A stretch of DNA of 64,000 nucleotides from Candidatus Altiarchaeota archaeon (GCA_043800255.1 JAZDNF010000017.1:27-64026), one strand, 5' to 3'; positions 38,423 to 48,536 are shown, counted from the stretch's first letter. Notes: generated by a model from the sequence alone, not told the origin. Numbers and translations: made by a program.

Positions 38423-39442
38423 ATGAAAGTCAAAATTGGCACAAAGCTAAAGGACTACAGAACCGTCTGGCTTGATGAGTCTGTAGTGAAGATGATAGAC
38501 CAGCCGAGCCTGCCGCACGAATTCAGAATCCACGAGTGCAAGACATACGAGGACACCGCCAACGCCATAAGGACGATGATTGTGAGGGGCGCTCCAGCGA
38601 TTGGGGCGTCAGCATGCTATGGGATGGCACAGGCAGCATTGCAGGGGGAAGACCTAAGAGAGGCTGAGAGCGTGCTCTCAGGCACCAGACCCACCGCCTA
38701 TGACCTCTTCGATGGGATAAGCTATTTCAAGAAAAATTATAAGGACGACGCCGCGGAGGTCGCTGGAAGATACGCGGAGGAGAGCGTCGAAAGGTGCAGG
38801 CTCATCGGAGTGCACGGCGGGAAGCTCATAGAGGACGGGATGCGGCTTCTGACTCACTGCAACGCCGGCGCCCTCGGCTGCGTGGACTGGGGAACTGCTC
38901 TGGCTCCGATGAGGGTTGCGAACAATAATGGGGAAAAAATTTTCGTCTACGTCGATGAGACCAGGCCGAGATGCCAGGGGTCGAGGCTGACGTCTTGGGA
39001 GCTCTATAACGAGGACATAGAGCACAGGATAATAGCAGACAATGCCGCGGGATTTTACATGAGAAGAGGCGAAATTGACCTGTGCATCGTCGGCGCCGAC
39101 AGGATCGCGGCAAACGGCGACGTCGCCAACAAGATCGGAACATACGAGAAGGCTGTGCTCGCAAAGGAGAATAGCATACCCTTTTATGTTGCAGCCCCCT
39201 CAAGCACAATAGACCTAGGATGCGAAAGCGGCCTTGACATTCCAATAGAGGAGCGAGCGGAAGAGGAGGTCCTCAGCATGTGGGGCTATGCCGAGGGAAA
39301 AATAAGATCGGTGAGGATTGCTGGCAGAGGCTGCAGAGCCCTGAACCCAGCATTTGATGTCACCCCTGCAAAGTATGTGACAGGCATAATAACGGAAAGC
39401 GGAATTCTGAAGCCGAAAGACGTTAAGAAGATAAAACGTTGA
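38423..39442 (+). CDS. mtnA: S-methyl-5-thioribose-1-phosphate isomerase
   Basis: VRGAPAIG, TRPTA, THCNAG, DETRP, GADRIAANGDVANKIGTY, NPAFDVTP. Confidence 0.93.
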   Translation: MKVKIGTKLKDYRTVWLDESVVKMIDQPSLPHEFRIHECKTYEDTANAIRTMIVRGAPAIGASACYGMAQAALQGEDLREAESVLSGTRPTAYDLFDGISYFKKNYKDDAAEVAGRYAEESVERCRLIGVHGGKLIEDGMRLLTHCNAGALGCVDWGTALAPMRVANNNGEKIFVYVDETRPRCQGSRLTSWELYNEDIEHRIIADNAAGFYMRRGEIDLCIVGADRIAANGDVANKIGTYEKAVLAKENSIPFYVAAPSSTIDLGCESGLDIPIEERAEEEVLSMWGYAEGKIRSVRIAGRGCRALNPAFDVTPAKYVTGIITESGILKPKDVKKIKR

Positions 39443-39444
39443 GC

Positions 39445-39678
39445 CTATTTCTCTGAAACCCTTAAACCTTTAGCCCATACTACAGGCTGGTCAGGCTCTA
39501 TTGAGAGTATAGGATTCCTGGCGAAAACCCCTGAACCTGAGAGTTTAGTGCCATCCAGCGAATCAGTTCCGACCGCAACACCCCACACTATCGCTCGAGC
39601 AATGTCCTTTGGTTCTAAGCCGTTCAGTCTGCTTAAATCCACCGGACGGGCTGCGGCCCGCTCAATCAGCTTTTCCAT
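39445..39678 (-). CDS. Hypothetical protein
   Basis: 77-aa ORF only. Confidence 0.45.
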   Translation of the reverse strand: MEKLIERAAARPVDLSRLNGLEPKDIARAIVWGVAVGTDSLDGTKLSGSGVFARNPILSIEPDQPVVWAKGLRVSEK

Positions 39679-39710
39679 GCCAAAGTATTAGGGGAAGACT
39701 AGAATAAAAA

Positions 39711-39962
39711 TCAAGCTCTGATGTGTTTTTCCATTATTTTGGAGAGTATTGTCAGAAATTCGCCCTCCTCGTCCGCAGTCAGTTTTTTAGTGCTTAAGCC
39801 GACGATGCCGAAGTCGTCTTTTTTCACCACGAGGGCAAGCTGCTTTGACGGCGGGTCTCCCAGTATCTTCTCAAGGCGGGAGTTTCCGTCAATATCCTCT
39901 ATTATCCTGTAAAGGATGTGCAATTTCGCGGCAAATAATGGTTTCTCGTCTGCAACAGCCAT
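39711..39962 (-). CDS. Hypothetical protein
   Basis: 83-aa ORF only. Confidence 0.5.
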   Translation of the reverse strand: MAVADEKPLFAAKLHILYRIIEDIDGNSRLEKILGDPPSKQLALVVKKDDFGIVGLSTKKLTADEEGEFLTILSKIMEKHIRA

Positions 39963-40071
39963 TGTGTAAGGGTATTGTTTTTTAAATAATAATAGACTGA
40001 AATCAGCTTATTTCGGCCTGAACCGAAGAAAAACCCCGGACTTTTTATTGGAAGTACTTCAATAGTATAGC

Positions 40072-41490
40072 ATGAGAAAGTCAACAATACTGGCAGCTTT
40101 AGGCGTATTCATCATACTCGTAGGCGCGACATACGGACTGAACAGGCTACTCGGGCAGGACTCGGACGAGTCTGACAGCAGCCTCGAAGTGACAGTATAC
40201 AATTCAAACCTTGGCGTTGTCAAGGATGAAATAGAGGTGCCTCTGATAAAGGGCACCAGCGTTTTCTCCTTTGAAGGCGTTGCATCAGCCATCGACCCGA
40301 CAAGCGTCAAACTAAGGTCCCTGGACGGGACCTTCCAAGTGCTGGAGCAGAACTACCAATACGATCTGGTAAGCAAGGAGAAGATACTGCAGAAGTACAT
40401 CGATGAGAAGATAAAAGGTTACAGCGTCGTTGGCGATGCGAAGGAACTCGTTGAGGGCACACTCCTCAGCTCCTCGGGGAATGAGCTTGTCATAAGAAAG
40501 GACTCGGGCGAGATTCAAATCGTCAGACTGGACGACTTAGTATTGCCTGCGCTGCCAGAGGGCCTCATAACAAAGCCGACTTTAGAATGGCTCATAGAAA
40601 GCCAGGACAGAGGCAACAAGACTGCGGAACTCTCTTACATGACATCCGGCATGATGTGGAATGCAGACTACATACTCGTCTCAAACGAGGATGACACTAA
40701 GATGGACTTCAACGGCTGGGTGACGGTAACCAACAACGCCGGCACCACATTCAAGAACGCTGCCCTCAAGCTTGTCGCAGGCGACATCAACAGGGCATAC
40801 GCACCAAGTGTTGCAAGGTACGATTTAATGGTTGAAGAGTCCAAGACTGTTGGAGCGCAGTTCGCTGAGGAGACGTTATTCGAGTACCACATGTACGATT
40901 TACAAAGGAGGACAACGCTCAGAGACAGGGAGCAGAAGCAGATTTCGCTCCTGGAGGCTAAAGACGCCGGAATCGAGAAGGAATACATCTACGAGAACGG
41001 CTACTCATACTGGGGCTGGTGGAGAGGCCAGGACAACAACAAGAAAGTTCAGGTCAAGCTTAACTTCGACAACAGCGAGGAGAACGGACTTGGAATCCCG
41101 CTGCCGAAGGGCAGGATAAGGGTGTTCAAGAGGGACAGCGAAGGCAAACTCCAGTTCGTCGGAGAGGACAGCATAGACCACACGCCAAAGGACGAGACGC
41201 TCAGGATTCTGGTCGGAAACGCCTTTGACATAGTGGGAGAGCGCAAGACTCTGGACGTTGAGGACCTAGGCTGCAAGTACGATGTCACATGGGAGATAAC
41301 GCTCAGAAACCACAAGGATGAAGATGTAACAGTAACGGTCTTAGAGCACACAGGCAACTGGGACTGGGACATAACGAAGGAGAATTACAAGCACACGAAG
41401 GAATCGAACACCGACATAAAGTGGACGATACCTGTCAAGAAGGACGAGGAGAGCAAGCTGCAGTACACTGTAAGGTACAACAACTGCTGA
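40072..41490 (+). CDS. DUF4139 family exported protein
   Basis: VTVYNSNLGVV, EQNYQYDL, LITKPTL, LFEYHMY, PLPKGRIRVF, GEDSIDHTP, AFDIVGER. Confidence 0.88.
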   Translation: MRKSTILAALGVFIILVGATYGLNRLLGQDSDESDSSLEVTVYNSNLGVVKDEIEVPLIKGTSVFSFEGVASAIDPTSVKLRSLDGTFQVLEQNYQYDLVSKEKILQKYIDEKIKGYSVVGDAKELVEGTLLSSSGNELVIRKDSGEIQIVRLDDLVLPALPEGLITKPTLEWLIESQDRGNKTAELSYMTSGMMWNADYILVSNEDDTKMDFNGWVTVTNNAGTTFKNAALKLVAGDINRAYAPSVARYDLMVEESKTVGAQFAEETLFEYHMYDLQRRTTLRDREQKQISLLEAKDAGIEKEYIYENGYSYWGWWRGQDNNKKVQVKLNFDNSEENGLGIPLPKGRIRVFKRDSEGKLQFVGEDSIDHTPKDETLRILVGNAFDIVGERKTLDVEDLGCKYDVTWEITLRNHKDEDVTVTVLEHTGNWDWDITKENYKHTKESNTDIKWTIPVKKDEESKLQYTVRYNNC

Positions 41491-41491
41491 G

Positions 41492-42382
41492 ATGATGGAT
41501 GGGGCCGTAACAGAGACGAATCTGCCGCTGAGGATTTTCAAGAAAGGCAAGGTCAGGGAAGTCTATGACCTAGATGACAGGTTGCTTGTCGTTGCAACAG
41601 ACCGCATCTCAGCCTTTGACGTCATACTGCCTAACGGGATACCAAAGAAGGGGAAGGTGCTGACTCAACTGTCTCTCTACTGGTTCGATAAGGTGAAGAG
41701 GATAGTGAAAAACCACGTGATAACAGCAGACGTCATGGACTACCCTCAAAAGCTGAAACCCCATAGGGAGGTGCTTGACGGCAGGTCCATGCTCGTTGAA
41801 AAAGCCGAGGTCATACCAATAGAATGCGTTGTCAGAGGCTACCTCTCAGGCTCAGCGTGGAAGGAATACCAACAGACGAATAGCGTATGCGGCATCGGCC
41901 TCCCAAAGGGATTGGTCGAGAGCCAGATGCTCCCGAAACCGATATTCACGCCAGCAACGAAGGCAGACACCGGACACGACATCAACGTCTCCGAAGAAAA
42001 GGCGGCTGAAATCGTGGGAGAGGACGTTATCGAGAAGGTGAAAAAATATTCTCTCTCGATTTACAAGCTAGCCAGAGACGAGGCAGCCAAGAAGGGGATA
42101 ATAGTCGCTGACACGAAATTCGAATTCGGCCTCAAGGACGGCAGGATAATACTGGTCGACGAGGTTCTTACGCCAGACTCTTCGAGGTTCTGGCCTGCAG
42201 ACGACTACCAGGCTGGGAGACCCCAGAAGAGCTTCGACAAACAGTATGTCAGAGACTACCTTGAGGACATAGGCTGGAACAAGGAGCCACCAGCGCCGAA
42301 ACTCCCGGACAATGTTGTCATGAGCACAAGCGCAAAGTACGTCGAAGCCTATGGGAGGATAACGGGTAGAAAACTAGCCTGA
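41492..42382 (+). CDS. purC: SAICAR synthetase
   Basis: GKVREVY, TDRISAFD, ECVVRGY, ADTKFEFG, DEVLTPDSSRFW. Confidence 0.96.
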   Translation: MMDGAVTETNLPLRIFKKGKVREVYDLDDRLLVVATDRISAFDVILPNGIPKKGKVLTQLSLYWFDKVKRIVKNHVITADVMDYPQKLKPHREVLDGRSMLVEKAEVIPIECVVRGYLSGSAWKEYQQTNSVCGIGLPKGLVESQMLPKPIFTPATKADTGHDINVSEEKAAEIVGEDVIEKVKKYSLSIYKLARDEAAKKGIIVADTKFEFGLKDGRIILVDEVLTPDSSRFWPADDYQAGRPQKSFDKQYVRDYLEDIGWNKEPPAPKLPDNVVMSTSAKYVEAYGRITGRKLA

Positions 42383-42961
42383 GATTCTGCCGCTCTCAGG
42401 GTCCAATGTTATGCCATAATCCTCTGAGATCGAAACCGTTGACCTGCCGGAAGTTGGGATGGACTCGACAACATCGGGTTTCATCAGGTATCTGCTGAAG
42501 TCTATCCTCCTGCCCTTGTAGGGTTTGACCCTGCCGCACCCCAATTCCCTGACCTTTTTGGATAGGATCCTGTGGTCTGAAACGCCTATCATATCCACAA
42601 CCGTAACCTGCTCCTGGAACCGCCTTATGAAAGAGGAGGGGATGTTCTGTATGACTGGGATTGCGCCTCTCGCGTCTATTATCCTGTTTTTCGCGTCAAC
42701 GCCGTTCTTCCATAAGGAGATAAGACTCTGACCGGAATTATGCCCTTTTATCTCACTCCCGCAGACGATCAGGAAACGTATGTTAGGGTTTGAGATTACG
42801 TTCAAGACCATCCTCTCCAACCCCAGATTCTCAGTCATGTTATGGCCTTTTATCGCCACATGATTCCAGGGCAGTCTTATGTCGTCAGCGAGCGTGCAGA
42901 CTGCGACAGGATTGCCTTCAGAATTCAGCTCATAGTCTCCAGGCTCAACCACCCAGCTCAT
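42374..42961 (-). CDS. MtrA/MtxA-like corrinoid protein (soluble)
   Basis: GDY, VAVCTL, TENLGLE, ISNPNIRFLIVCGSEIKGHNSGQSL, RFQEQV; no C-terminal TM. Confidence 0.85.
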   Translation of the reverse strand: MSWVVEPGDYELNSEGNPVAVCTLADDIRLPWNHVAIKGHNMTENLGLERMVLNVISNPNIRFLIVCGSEIKGHNSGQSLISLWKNGVDAKNRIIDARGAIPVIQNIPSSFIRRFQEQVTVVDMIGVSDHRILSKKVRELGCGRVKPYKGRRIDFSRYLMKPDVVESIPTSGRSTVSISEDYGITLDPESGRISG

Positions 42962-42990
42962 ATAAAAGTATGCGTATAATACTTTATATC

Positions 42991-43728
42991 ATGGATGGAG
43001 ACTTCAAAAGCAGCCTTAACAACCTGATGGAGCTGTTCTCAGACAAGGAGGAAGTCAGCCTAAAGGATGCGTCCTCAAGCCTTAGCCTGCAGGAGCAGGA
43101 CATACTGGAGATGGGAAAAATCCTGCAGGAGAAGGGCATCATAAAGATACATTATACTGTCGTTGGCGACATAATGCTCCAGAAGGGCGAGAACTTCTCA
43201 AAAGAGGAGGTGCGGGAGGACATAGCCGCCACACCCGAAAACAACAAGGGGCAGCTTGACGACATACTGAAGGAGATCAGGATGAAGATCTTCGAAAAGA
43301 GGTATGGCAAGTCAAAAGGCCAATCTTCGCTCGAGTACATGATAATGCTGGGCATAGCATTGGGAGCTTTCACGTTAGTCTTATATGTCGTTGGAACCTT
43401 GATGTCAAGTACCAGCTCGCAGATTAACGTTGGCTCCTCAGCCTGGGCTACCGAGCAGATTAGAGAAGCTGCAGACTTCGTATATGTGCACGGCCATCCG
43501 TCCAAAATACAAATCTCGGTATACTTTCCATCAGATACGTATAATGTTTCAGTCTACGCCGACAAGGTCATAGAGTCTAGGCTGGACATTCCACCAGACC
43601 ACACAGACGTCTACAGCGTCGTCAGGGGCAACGTCACAGGAAACCTCTCAAAGATAACGCATGAAGGCTATTACGTCATAAACGTCGAATCCGTTGATTC
43701 CAGAGTCCAGAACATTACCGTAGAATGA
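42991..43728 (+). CDS. Class III signal-peptide (pilin-like) protein with an N-terminal wHTH-like extension
   Basis: Internal KGQSSLEYMIMLGIAL motif after about 108 aa; start set at MDGDF behind CTTTATAT. Confidence 0.75.
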   Translation: MDGDFKSSLNNLMELFSDKEEVSLKDASSSLSLQEQDILEMGKILQEKGIIKIHYTVVGDIMLQKGENFSKEEVREDIAATPENNKGQLDDILKEIRMKIFEKRYGKSKGQSSLEYMIMLGIALGAFTLVLYVVGTLMSSTSSQINVGSSAWATEQIREAADFVYVHGHPSKIQISVYFPSDTYNVSVYADKVIESRLDIPPDHTDVYSVVRGNVTGNLSKITHEGYYVINVESVDSRVQNITVE

Positions 43729-44198
43729 GGATAAAATCGCAGGTCAGCTCTGAGTTCATGATAGTCATAGTAATGACAATGCTCGTCCTGCTTGTAATGA
43801 GCATAATAATATACCAAAAGTCTATCGAATCGTTTAGATTCCGCATTGACTTGGGCGGCACTCGCATAACGAATCAGATAGCAGACAACATAAACCAGAT
43901 AGGCAACGTTGGTATTGGCTACTCCCAGTGCTTCACATTGCCGGCTTACATTACAGACAGAGAGTACAGGGTAAGATTCTACACTGGAGAGGCAACGGTT
44001 TTTGTTGAGGTAGGAGACCCTGCCGAATGGATCTGGTCCGCGCCTCTGTTCACTTCAGAGGTGGAGTGCACAATGGACTTGTGCTCGATTGGGACGCTGG
44101 GCAGACAGGTCGACGTCTGGGTCTCATATGAGGAGGATGGCATAAAGGTGCGGGATTGCGGTGCATGCGGTGCGCCGTCAGGCTGTAACCTGATATAA
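43725..44198 (+). CDS. Class III signal-peptide minor pilin-like protein
   Basis: KSQVSSEF followed by hydrophobic helix. Confidence 0.8.
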   Translation: MRIKSQVSSEFMIVIVMTMLVLLVMSIIIYQKSIESFRFRIDLGGTRITNQIADNINQIGNVGIGYSQCFTLPAYITDREYRVRFYTGEATVFVEVGDPAEWIWSAPLFTSEVECTMDLCSIGTLGRQVDVWVSYEEDGIKVRDCGACGAPSGCNLI

Positions 44199-44232
44199 GA
44201 GGGGTTAATATTTTTTACTGTGATAGTATAAC

Positions 44233-44937
44233 ATGCCAGCCAAGGCGCAGATTTTCACGTGGGACCTTATAATCGCATCCACCTTTTTCATTGCTGTCCT
44301 TTTCGGCTTGTTGACCCTTTGGGAGGGAGCTACAACGATGATTGCAGACTCAGAACTAAAATATGAGCTAAGCAGGCTTGCAACCTTAAATTCCGAACAG
44401 CTTGTGAGAACCCCAGGTTACCCAGTAGACTGGCGTCCGTCTGACGTTGTCGTGTTCGGTCTCGCTGAATCGAAAGACCAGATAGGTTTCGAATCCTACC
44501 AGGACCGCTTGATAGACCCTGACAAATTCCTATATTTTGTGAACAAGACGTACAACGAATATGATACGGTGAAGGGAATCACGCTCAGAAGCGGTGAATA
44601 TGATTTCTTCGTGGATTTCAGATGCAAACAAGATTCCAGCATCGAGTGCTTTGAGGGGCTTTACGCAAGCGACATAATAAGCGGGACAGTCACCTGCGCG
44701 AACGGAATGCAATTGATAATCACGAACCACGTTACGGATGCCTCAACGTCAGGCGATTATTTCTGCCGTATAGGCCAGCATATCTCCCAAGCTGATGCAG
44801 TATATCTGATACCCGACCAGAAGAACGCCGTCTTCAACGAGCTGCTGAACCTTTCAGACCCGTTACTGTCGGAGAGAACCCTTAACAAGAGCTTTGACGT
44901 AACTTTCGTAGTATACAAGCCGTCGCCCTATATTTAG
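44233..44937 (+). CDS. Class III signal-peptide minor pilin-like protein
   Basis: KAQIFTWDLII followed by hydrophobic helix; LVRTPGYPVDW motif. Confidence 0.78.
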   Translation: MPAKAQIFTWDLIIASTFFIAVLFGLLTLWEGATTMIADSELKYELSRLATLNSEQLVRTPGYPVDWRPSDVVVFGLAESKDQIGFESYQDRLIDPDKFLYFVNKTYNEYDTVKGITLRSGEYDFFVDFRCKQDSSIECFEGLYASDIISGTVTCANGMQLIITNHVTDASTSGDYFCRIGQHISQADAVYLIPDQKNAVFNELLNLSDPLLSERTLNKSFDVTFVVYKPSPYI

Positions 44938-44990
44938 GGCGTCGCCGGGATTGAGAATACTTTTATTGCCGGCATACTAAGATATACCTT

Positions 44991-45806
44991 ATGGATAAGG
45001 TTTGGATTTTGGTTCTGCTGGTTCTGCTTGCAGTTCCTGCATCAGCCACTTTCATCAGGATATCCACCACAATAGCTGCCGAACAGATCATAAGGGAGAG
45101 CAGAGCATGGGTGAATGTGACCCTGGAGAACAGCGGGGACGAGCCAGCCTACAATACCAGGCTACAGGCGATACTGCCGGAGGGCTTCCGCTCGGAGCCT
45201 GCATACGTCGGCACCTTGTCACCTTATAAGCCGATTGAGTCCAGCTTTAACATAACAGTTGATGAGGGGACGCAGAATGGAACCTACCCGCTGATACTTA
45301 AGGTGGAATACACGGACGCGAACGGTTACCCTTTTTCCACGCTCAGCCCGAGGATCATAGTATACCATACGCCGACTCCGATGAAAGTCTACGCGAGAGT
45401 CCAGAACATCGCTGTTGCCGAGAACAAAAAGGCGAATGCCACCATACTCCTGCGGAACATGGACTCAAGAGAGCACGACATTAACGTCAGGGTGTATCTT
45501 CCCAATGAGCTGAAAACTGACAGAGAGCAGATGAGTGTTGTGCTGGGAGGCCGTTCCGAGGAGGAGATGAGATTCGAAGTGGAGAGTTTCGGGGCTCTGC
45601 CGAACAGCACATACGTCGTTACAGTCTCCGCCGACTTCGAGGAGGATAACGTCAGACACACTGTCCTGGGAGGGGGGATGGTCACAATACTGTCGAAGGA
45701 CAGCCTGCAGGATGCTGAGAGCGGAAAACAGAATTTCATGCTCTGGGCCCTTATCGCGACATTCTTCCTGCTTATAGCAGCCTTTTTAATTCTTAGGAGA
45801 AGATGA
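44991..45806 (+). CDS. Membrane-anchored protein with two Ig-like (CARDB-type) domains
   Basis: Signal peptide; VTLENSGDEPAYN; C-terminal TM plus RRR. Confidence 0.7.
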   Translation: MDKVWILVLLVLLAVPASATFIRISTTIAAEQIIRESRAWVNVTLENSGDEPAYNTRLQAILPEGFRSEPAYVGTLSPYKPIESSFNITVDEGTQNGTYPLILKVEYTDANGYPFSTLSPRIIVYHTPTPMKVYARVQNIAVAENKKANATILLRNMDSREHDINVRVYLPNELKTDREQMSVVLGGRSEEEMRFEVESFGALPNSTYVVTVSADFEEDNVRHTVLGGGMVTILSKDSLQDAESGKQNFMLWALIATFFLLIAAFLILRRR

Positions 45807-46453
45807 GAATATCGATTGTCATCCCAACATTGAACGAGGAGGCTAACCTGCCTCAGGTGTTAGACGACCTCCCGGAGTACGTGAGCGAGATCATAGTAGT
45901 TGACGGACACTCAAAGGACAAGACAGTTGAGATAGCTGAAAAACACGGCGCCAGGGTGATTTACGACGACAAAGGCAAAGGTTCAGCGCTGATAAAAGGG
46001 CTGAATGAGGCGTCGGGGGAAATCATAATAATGATGGACGCAGACTGCAGCCACACCGCCAACGAGATAGAACTGCTTGTTGCCGGGATAAAAGCAGGAT
46101 ATGATGTCTGCATGGGTTCGCGTTTCATTCAGGGGGGAGGATCTGAGGACATCACCCTCATTAGGCGGCTGGGGAACAAGTTTTTTGTCTCTCTTGTCAA
46201 CATCGTCTGGAACATGCGCTACTCTGACCTCTGCTACGGTTACAGGTCCTTCAGGAGGGACGCCATAAAGAAGCTGGAGTTGGAGTCTGACGGGTTCGGC
46301 ATCGAGACGGAGATATCGATAAAGGCCGCCAAAAAAAGACTTAAAGTTTTAGAGGTTCCCAGCTTCGAGAAGAGGCGGAAGTCGGGCGAGGGAAAGCTTA
46401 GAACGTTCAGCGACGGCTGGAGGATATTGGGCAGGATACTGAAGGAAATATGA
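45803..46453 (+). CDS. Glycosyltransferase family 2 (polyprenol-phosphate sugar synthase-like)
   Basis: VIPTLNEE, VVDGHSKD, MDADCSH, DLCYGY, FGIETE. Confidence 0.9.
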   Translation: MRISIVIPTLNEEANLPQVLDDLPEYVSEIIVVDGHSKDKTVEIAEKHGARVIYDDKGKGSALIKGLNEASGEIIIMMDADCSHTANEIELLVAGIKAGYDVCMGSRFIQGGGSEDITLIRRLGNKFFVSLVNIVWNMRYSDLCYGYRSFRRDAIKKLELESDGFGIETEISIKAAKKRLKVLEVPSFEKRRKSGEGKLRTFSDGWRILGRILKEI

Positions 46454-47613
46454 GAAAAGAACATGGCATTCTAGTTATACTGGCATTGGCGCTGGCATTG
46501 CGCCTTTATTTTTTTCTCGGCCTGAACCTGAACGACGATCTCGTCTACGTCAACTTCGCCCACCAGATCGCGGAGGGAAAATTCAGGCTGCAATCGTACA
46601 TCTTCTCCGTCAGGCTGCTGATGAACTACCCCATAGGACTTTTTTTCATTCTATTCGGCGCAAACGACTATTCTGCTGCAGCTTACATACTGCTAACTTC
46701 TATGGGCAGTATTGTAGTAGCCTACTACTTGGGCAAGGTTCTCTTCAACGAAAACGTAGGGCTTGTTGCGGCCCTCCTAATGTCATTTTTCCCTATAGAG
46801 GTCGCCTATGCCACGACGATAGTCCCAGACGTTCCGGTAGCCTTCTACATGGGCCTCAGTGTATTGCTCTTCATACTCGCTGAGAGAAAAGACGACATCA
46901 GATACGCCTACCTTGCCGGGGTCATGATAGGCTTCGGCGGATTGGTGAAGAACCTCAGTTACGTGATATTCGCCTTTTTGGGGTCGTATTTTGTCTTTCG
47001 ATCTCTGTTCTATTCTAAAGCGATTAAAGGAAAAAAGGCTGTCGGCGGCCGCCTAGTTGGCGGCAGGGTGAGATTCTCAAAGACTTCTGAAAGGGCAGGG
47101 TATATTCTACTCTGCATGACTCTCACGCTGGTTCTCGCAGTCTCATTGTTTCCGGATTATGTCCAGTCTGTCAGGCTGACAGATTGGTTGACGCTTAAAT
47201 CATATGAGAGAGAGGATGATGGAGCACTATCTCCTGTGTCGGCCGGGCCGACCGAAGGAGTTGCGAAGATTGATGCGTTCATAACCAACAGGAACATCTA
47301 CTGGGACGCTGAAACCAACAGTTACTCCAACAGGAAGACGAGAGGGCATGGTGGGAAAATCCTGGAAGACCTGGAGTATAATCTGCACGGGAACCTCTAC
47401 CTCCACGCTCTCAGGGAGGACGTCAACCTACTTGCGAAAGTCCAGAAACCGTTCGAGCAGGCTGATTGCAGGGTCGAAAACTACACTGGAGCCTATGCTG
47501 ACTTAGAAGTTGGAGACGTCATCTGCCTTAATACGCTTGAGGGCAATTTCACGAGATTAGAGGTTATCGAGTTCGACAAAGACCAGGTAAGCCTTAGATA
47601 CGAATTCCAATAA
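46450..47613 (+). CDS. GT-C (ArnT/PMT-like) glycosyltransferase, N-terminal half fused to an unrelated exported domain
   Basis: ALRL...DDLVY, PDVP, GLVK TM core, then a TM and a soluble beta domain. Confidence 0.7.
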   Translation: MRKEHGILVILALALALRLYFFLGLNLNDDLVYVNFAHQIAEGKFRLQSYIFSVRLLMNYPIGLFFILFGANDYSAAAYILLTSMGSIVVAYYLGKVLFNENVGLVAALLMSFFPIEVAYATTIVPDVPVAFYMGLSVLLFILAERKDDIRYAYLAGVMIGFGGLVKNLSYVIFAFLGSYFVFRSLFYSKAIKGKKAVGGRLVGGRVRFSKTSERAGYILLCMTLTLVLAVSLFPDYVQSVRLTDWLTLKSYEREDDGALSPVSAGPTEGVAKIDAFITNRNIYWDAETNSYSNRKTRGHGGKILEDLEYNLHGNLYLHALREDVNLLAKVQKPFEQADCRVENYTGAYADLEVGDVICLNTLEGNFTRLEVIEFDKDQVSLRYEFQ

Positions 47614-47615
47614 GG

Positions 47616-48536
47616 ATGAAAGCGAAGTCAAAGAAAAAGGGGCTGTTAAAGTGGATGAAAGCGAGAAAAAACTATGCGGCCTTGCTCATGGGCTTCTTAA
47701 CCGTGTTTCTCCTAGAGGGAGCCCTCTACCATTACGCATCTGGTGACTTCTTTCTCAGGTATCAGACGGAATCAGAGCATTACACGCCAACGTTGAGAGG
47801 CGTTAACAGGAACCTGGAGCATTATCCGGTAGTACTGTTGAACAGGGTCGCCCCGTCTTTCGCTTTTTTCGGTTATATTTTCTATTTCGTGCTGGCTGCC
47901 GGAGCATACATAATGTACAAGAGGGATGCGCGTGCGATAATCCTCCTGCTTTGGCTGATTCCAGTATACTTTTACCTCCAGTACGGCAGCATGAGCCTTA
48001 CCAGTTACCTTCTGATACAGAGGATATGGAGGTTTCTGTGCGTGCTGACAATACCCTCTTCCCTGATGGTTGCCTACCTTCTTGTGAACATGAGAATACC
48101 ATTCAGACGGTACCTCATCCCGCTTGTTATCATCTTTCTCGGAGTTTCATCAGTCTATTACATAAGCCAGATCCACACGTTCATGGACGCGGGGATGGTA
48201 GACTTCAGGGAAACGGCAAGATTCCTCAAAACTCAGCCGCCGAAGGACATATACTCCGACTACGACACTCTCGGAAAGCTGAACTTCCTCCTCGGGTACG
48301 AGCGCGCAGACTATTTGAAGAACATCCAGAATGTCAAAGACCCGGCGCAGATACGCGACGCGTACATTGTAGTGAACGCGTCCAGAGGAGTCGTCGAGGT
48401 TAAGGAGATTCGGGACTCCATGCCGTCGTTTTTCATCAGCCCGCCCGAAAACTGGGAAGTTGCAAATGTAGTGACAGAATCGGATGTCGGCTTCTGGGGA
48501 ACCTACAATACGACAGTATACTATGCACCACTCTAG
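47616..48536 (+). CDS. GT-C glycosyltransferase, C-terminal half
   Basis: Multi-TM with RIWRFL motif and soluble C-terminal domain; lacks the N-terminal catalytic loop. Confidence 0.65.
   Translation: MKAKSKKKGLLKWMKARKNYAALLMGFLTVFLLEGALYHYASGDFFLRYQTESEHYTPTLRGVNRNLEHYPVVLLNRVAPSFAFFGYIFYFVLAAGAYIMYKRDARAIILLLWLIPVYFYLQYGSMSLTSYLLIQRIWRFLCVLTIPSSLMVAYLLVNMRIPFRRYLIPLVIIFLGVSSVYYISQIHTFMDAGMVDFRETARFLKTQPPKDIYSDYDTLGKLNFLLGYERADYLKNIQNVKDPAQIRDAYIVVNASRGVVEVKEIRDSMPSFFISPPENWEVANVVTESDVGFWGTYNTTVYYAPL

Noticed and set aside
42374-42961. Evidence of methanogenesis
   Set aside because: A single anchorless MtrA homologue without other mtr or mcr genes in the window is insufficient.
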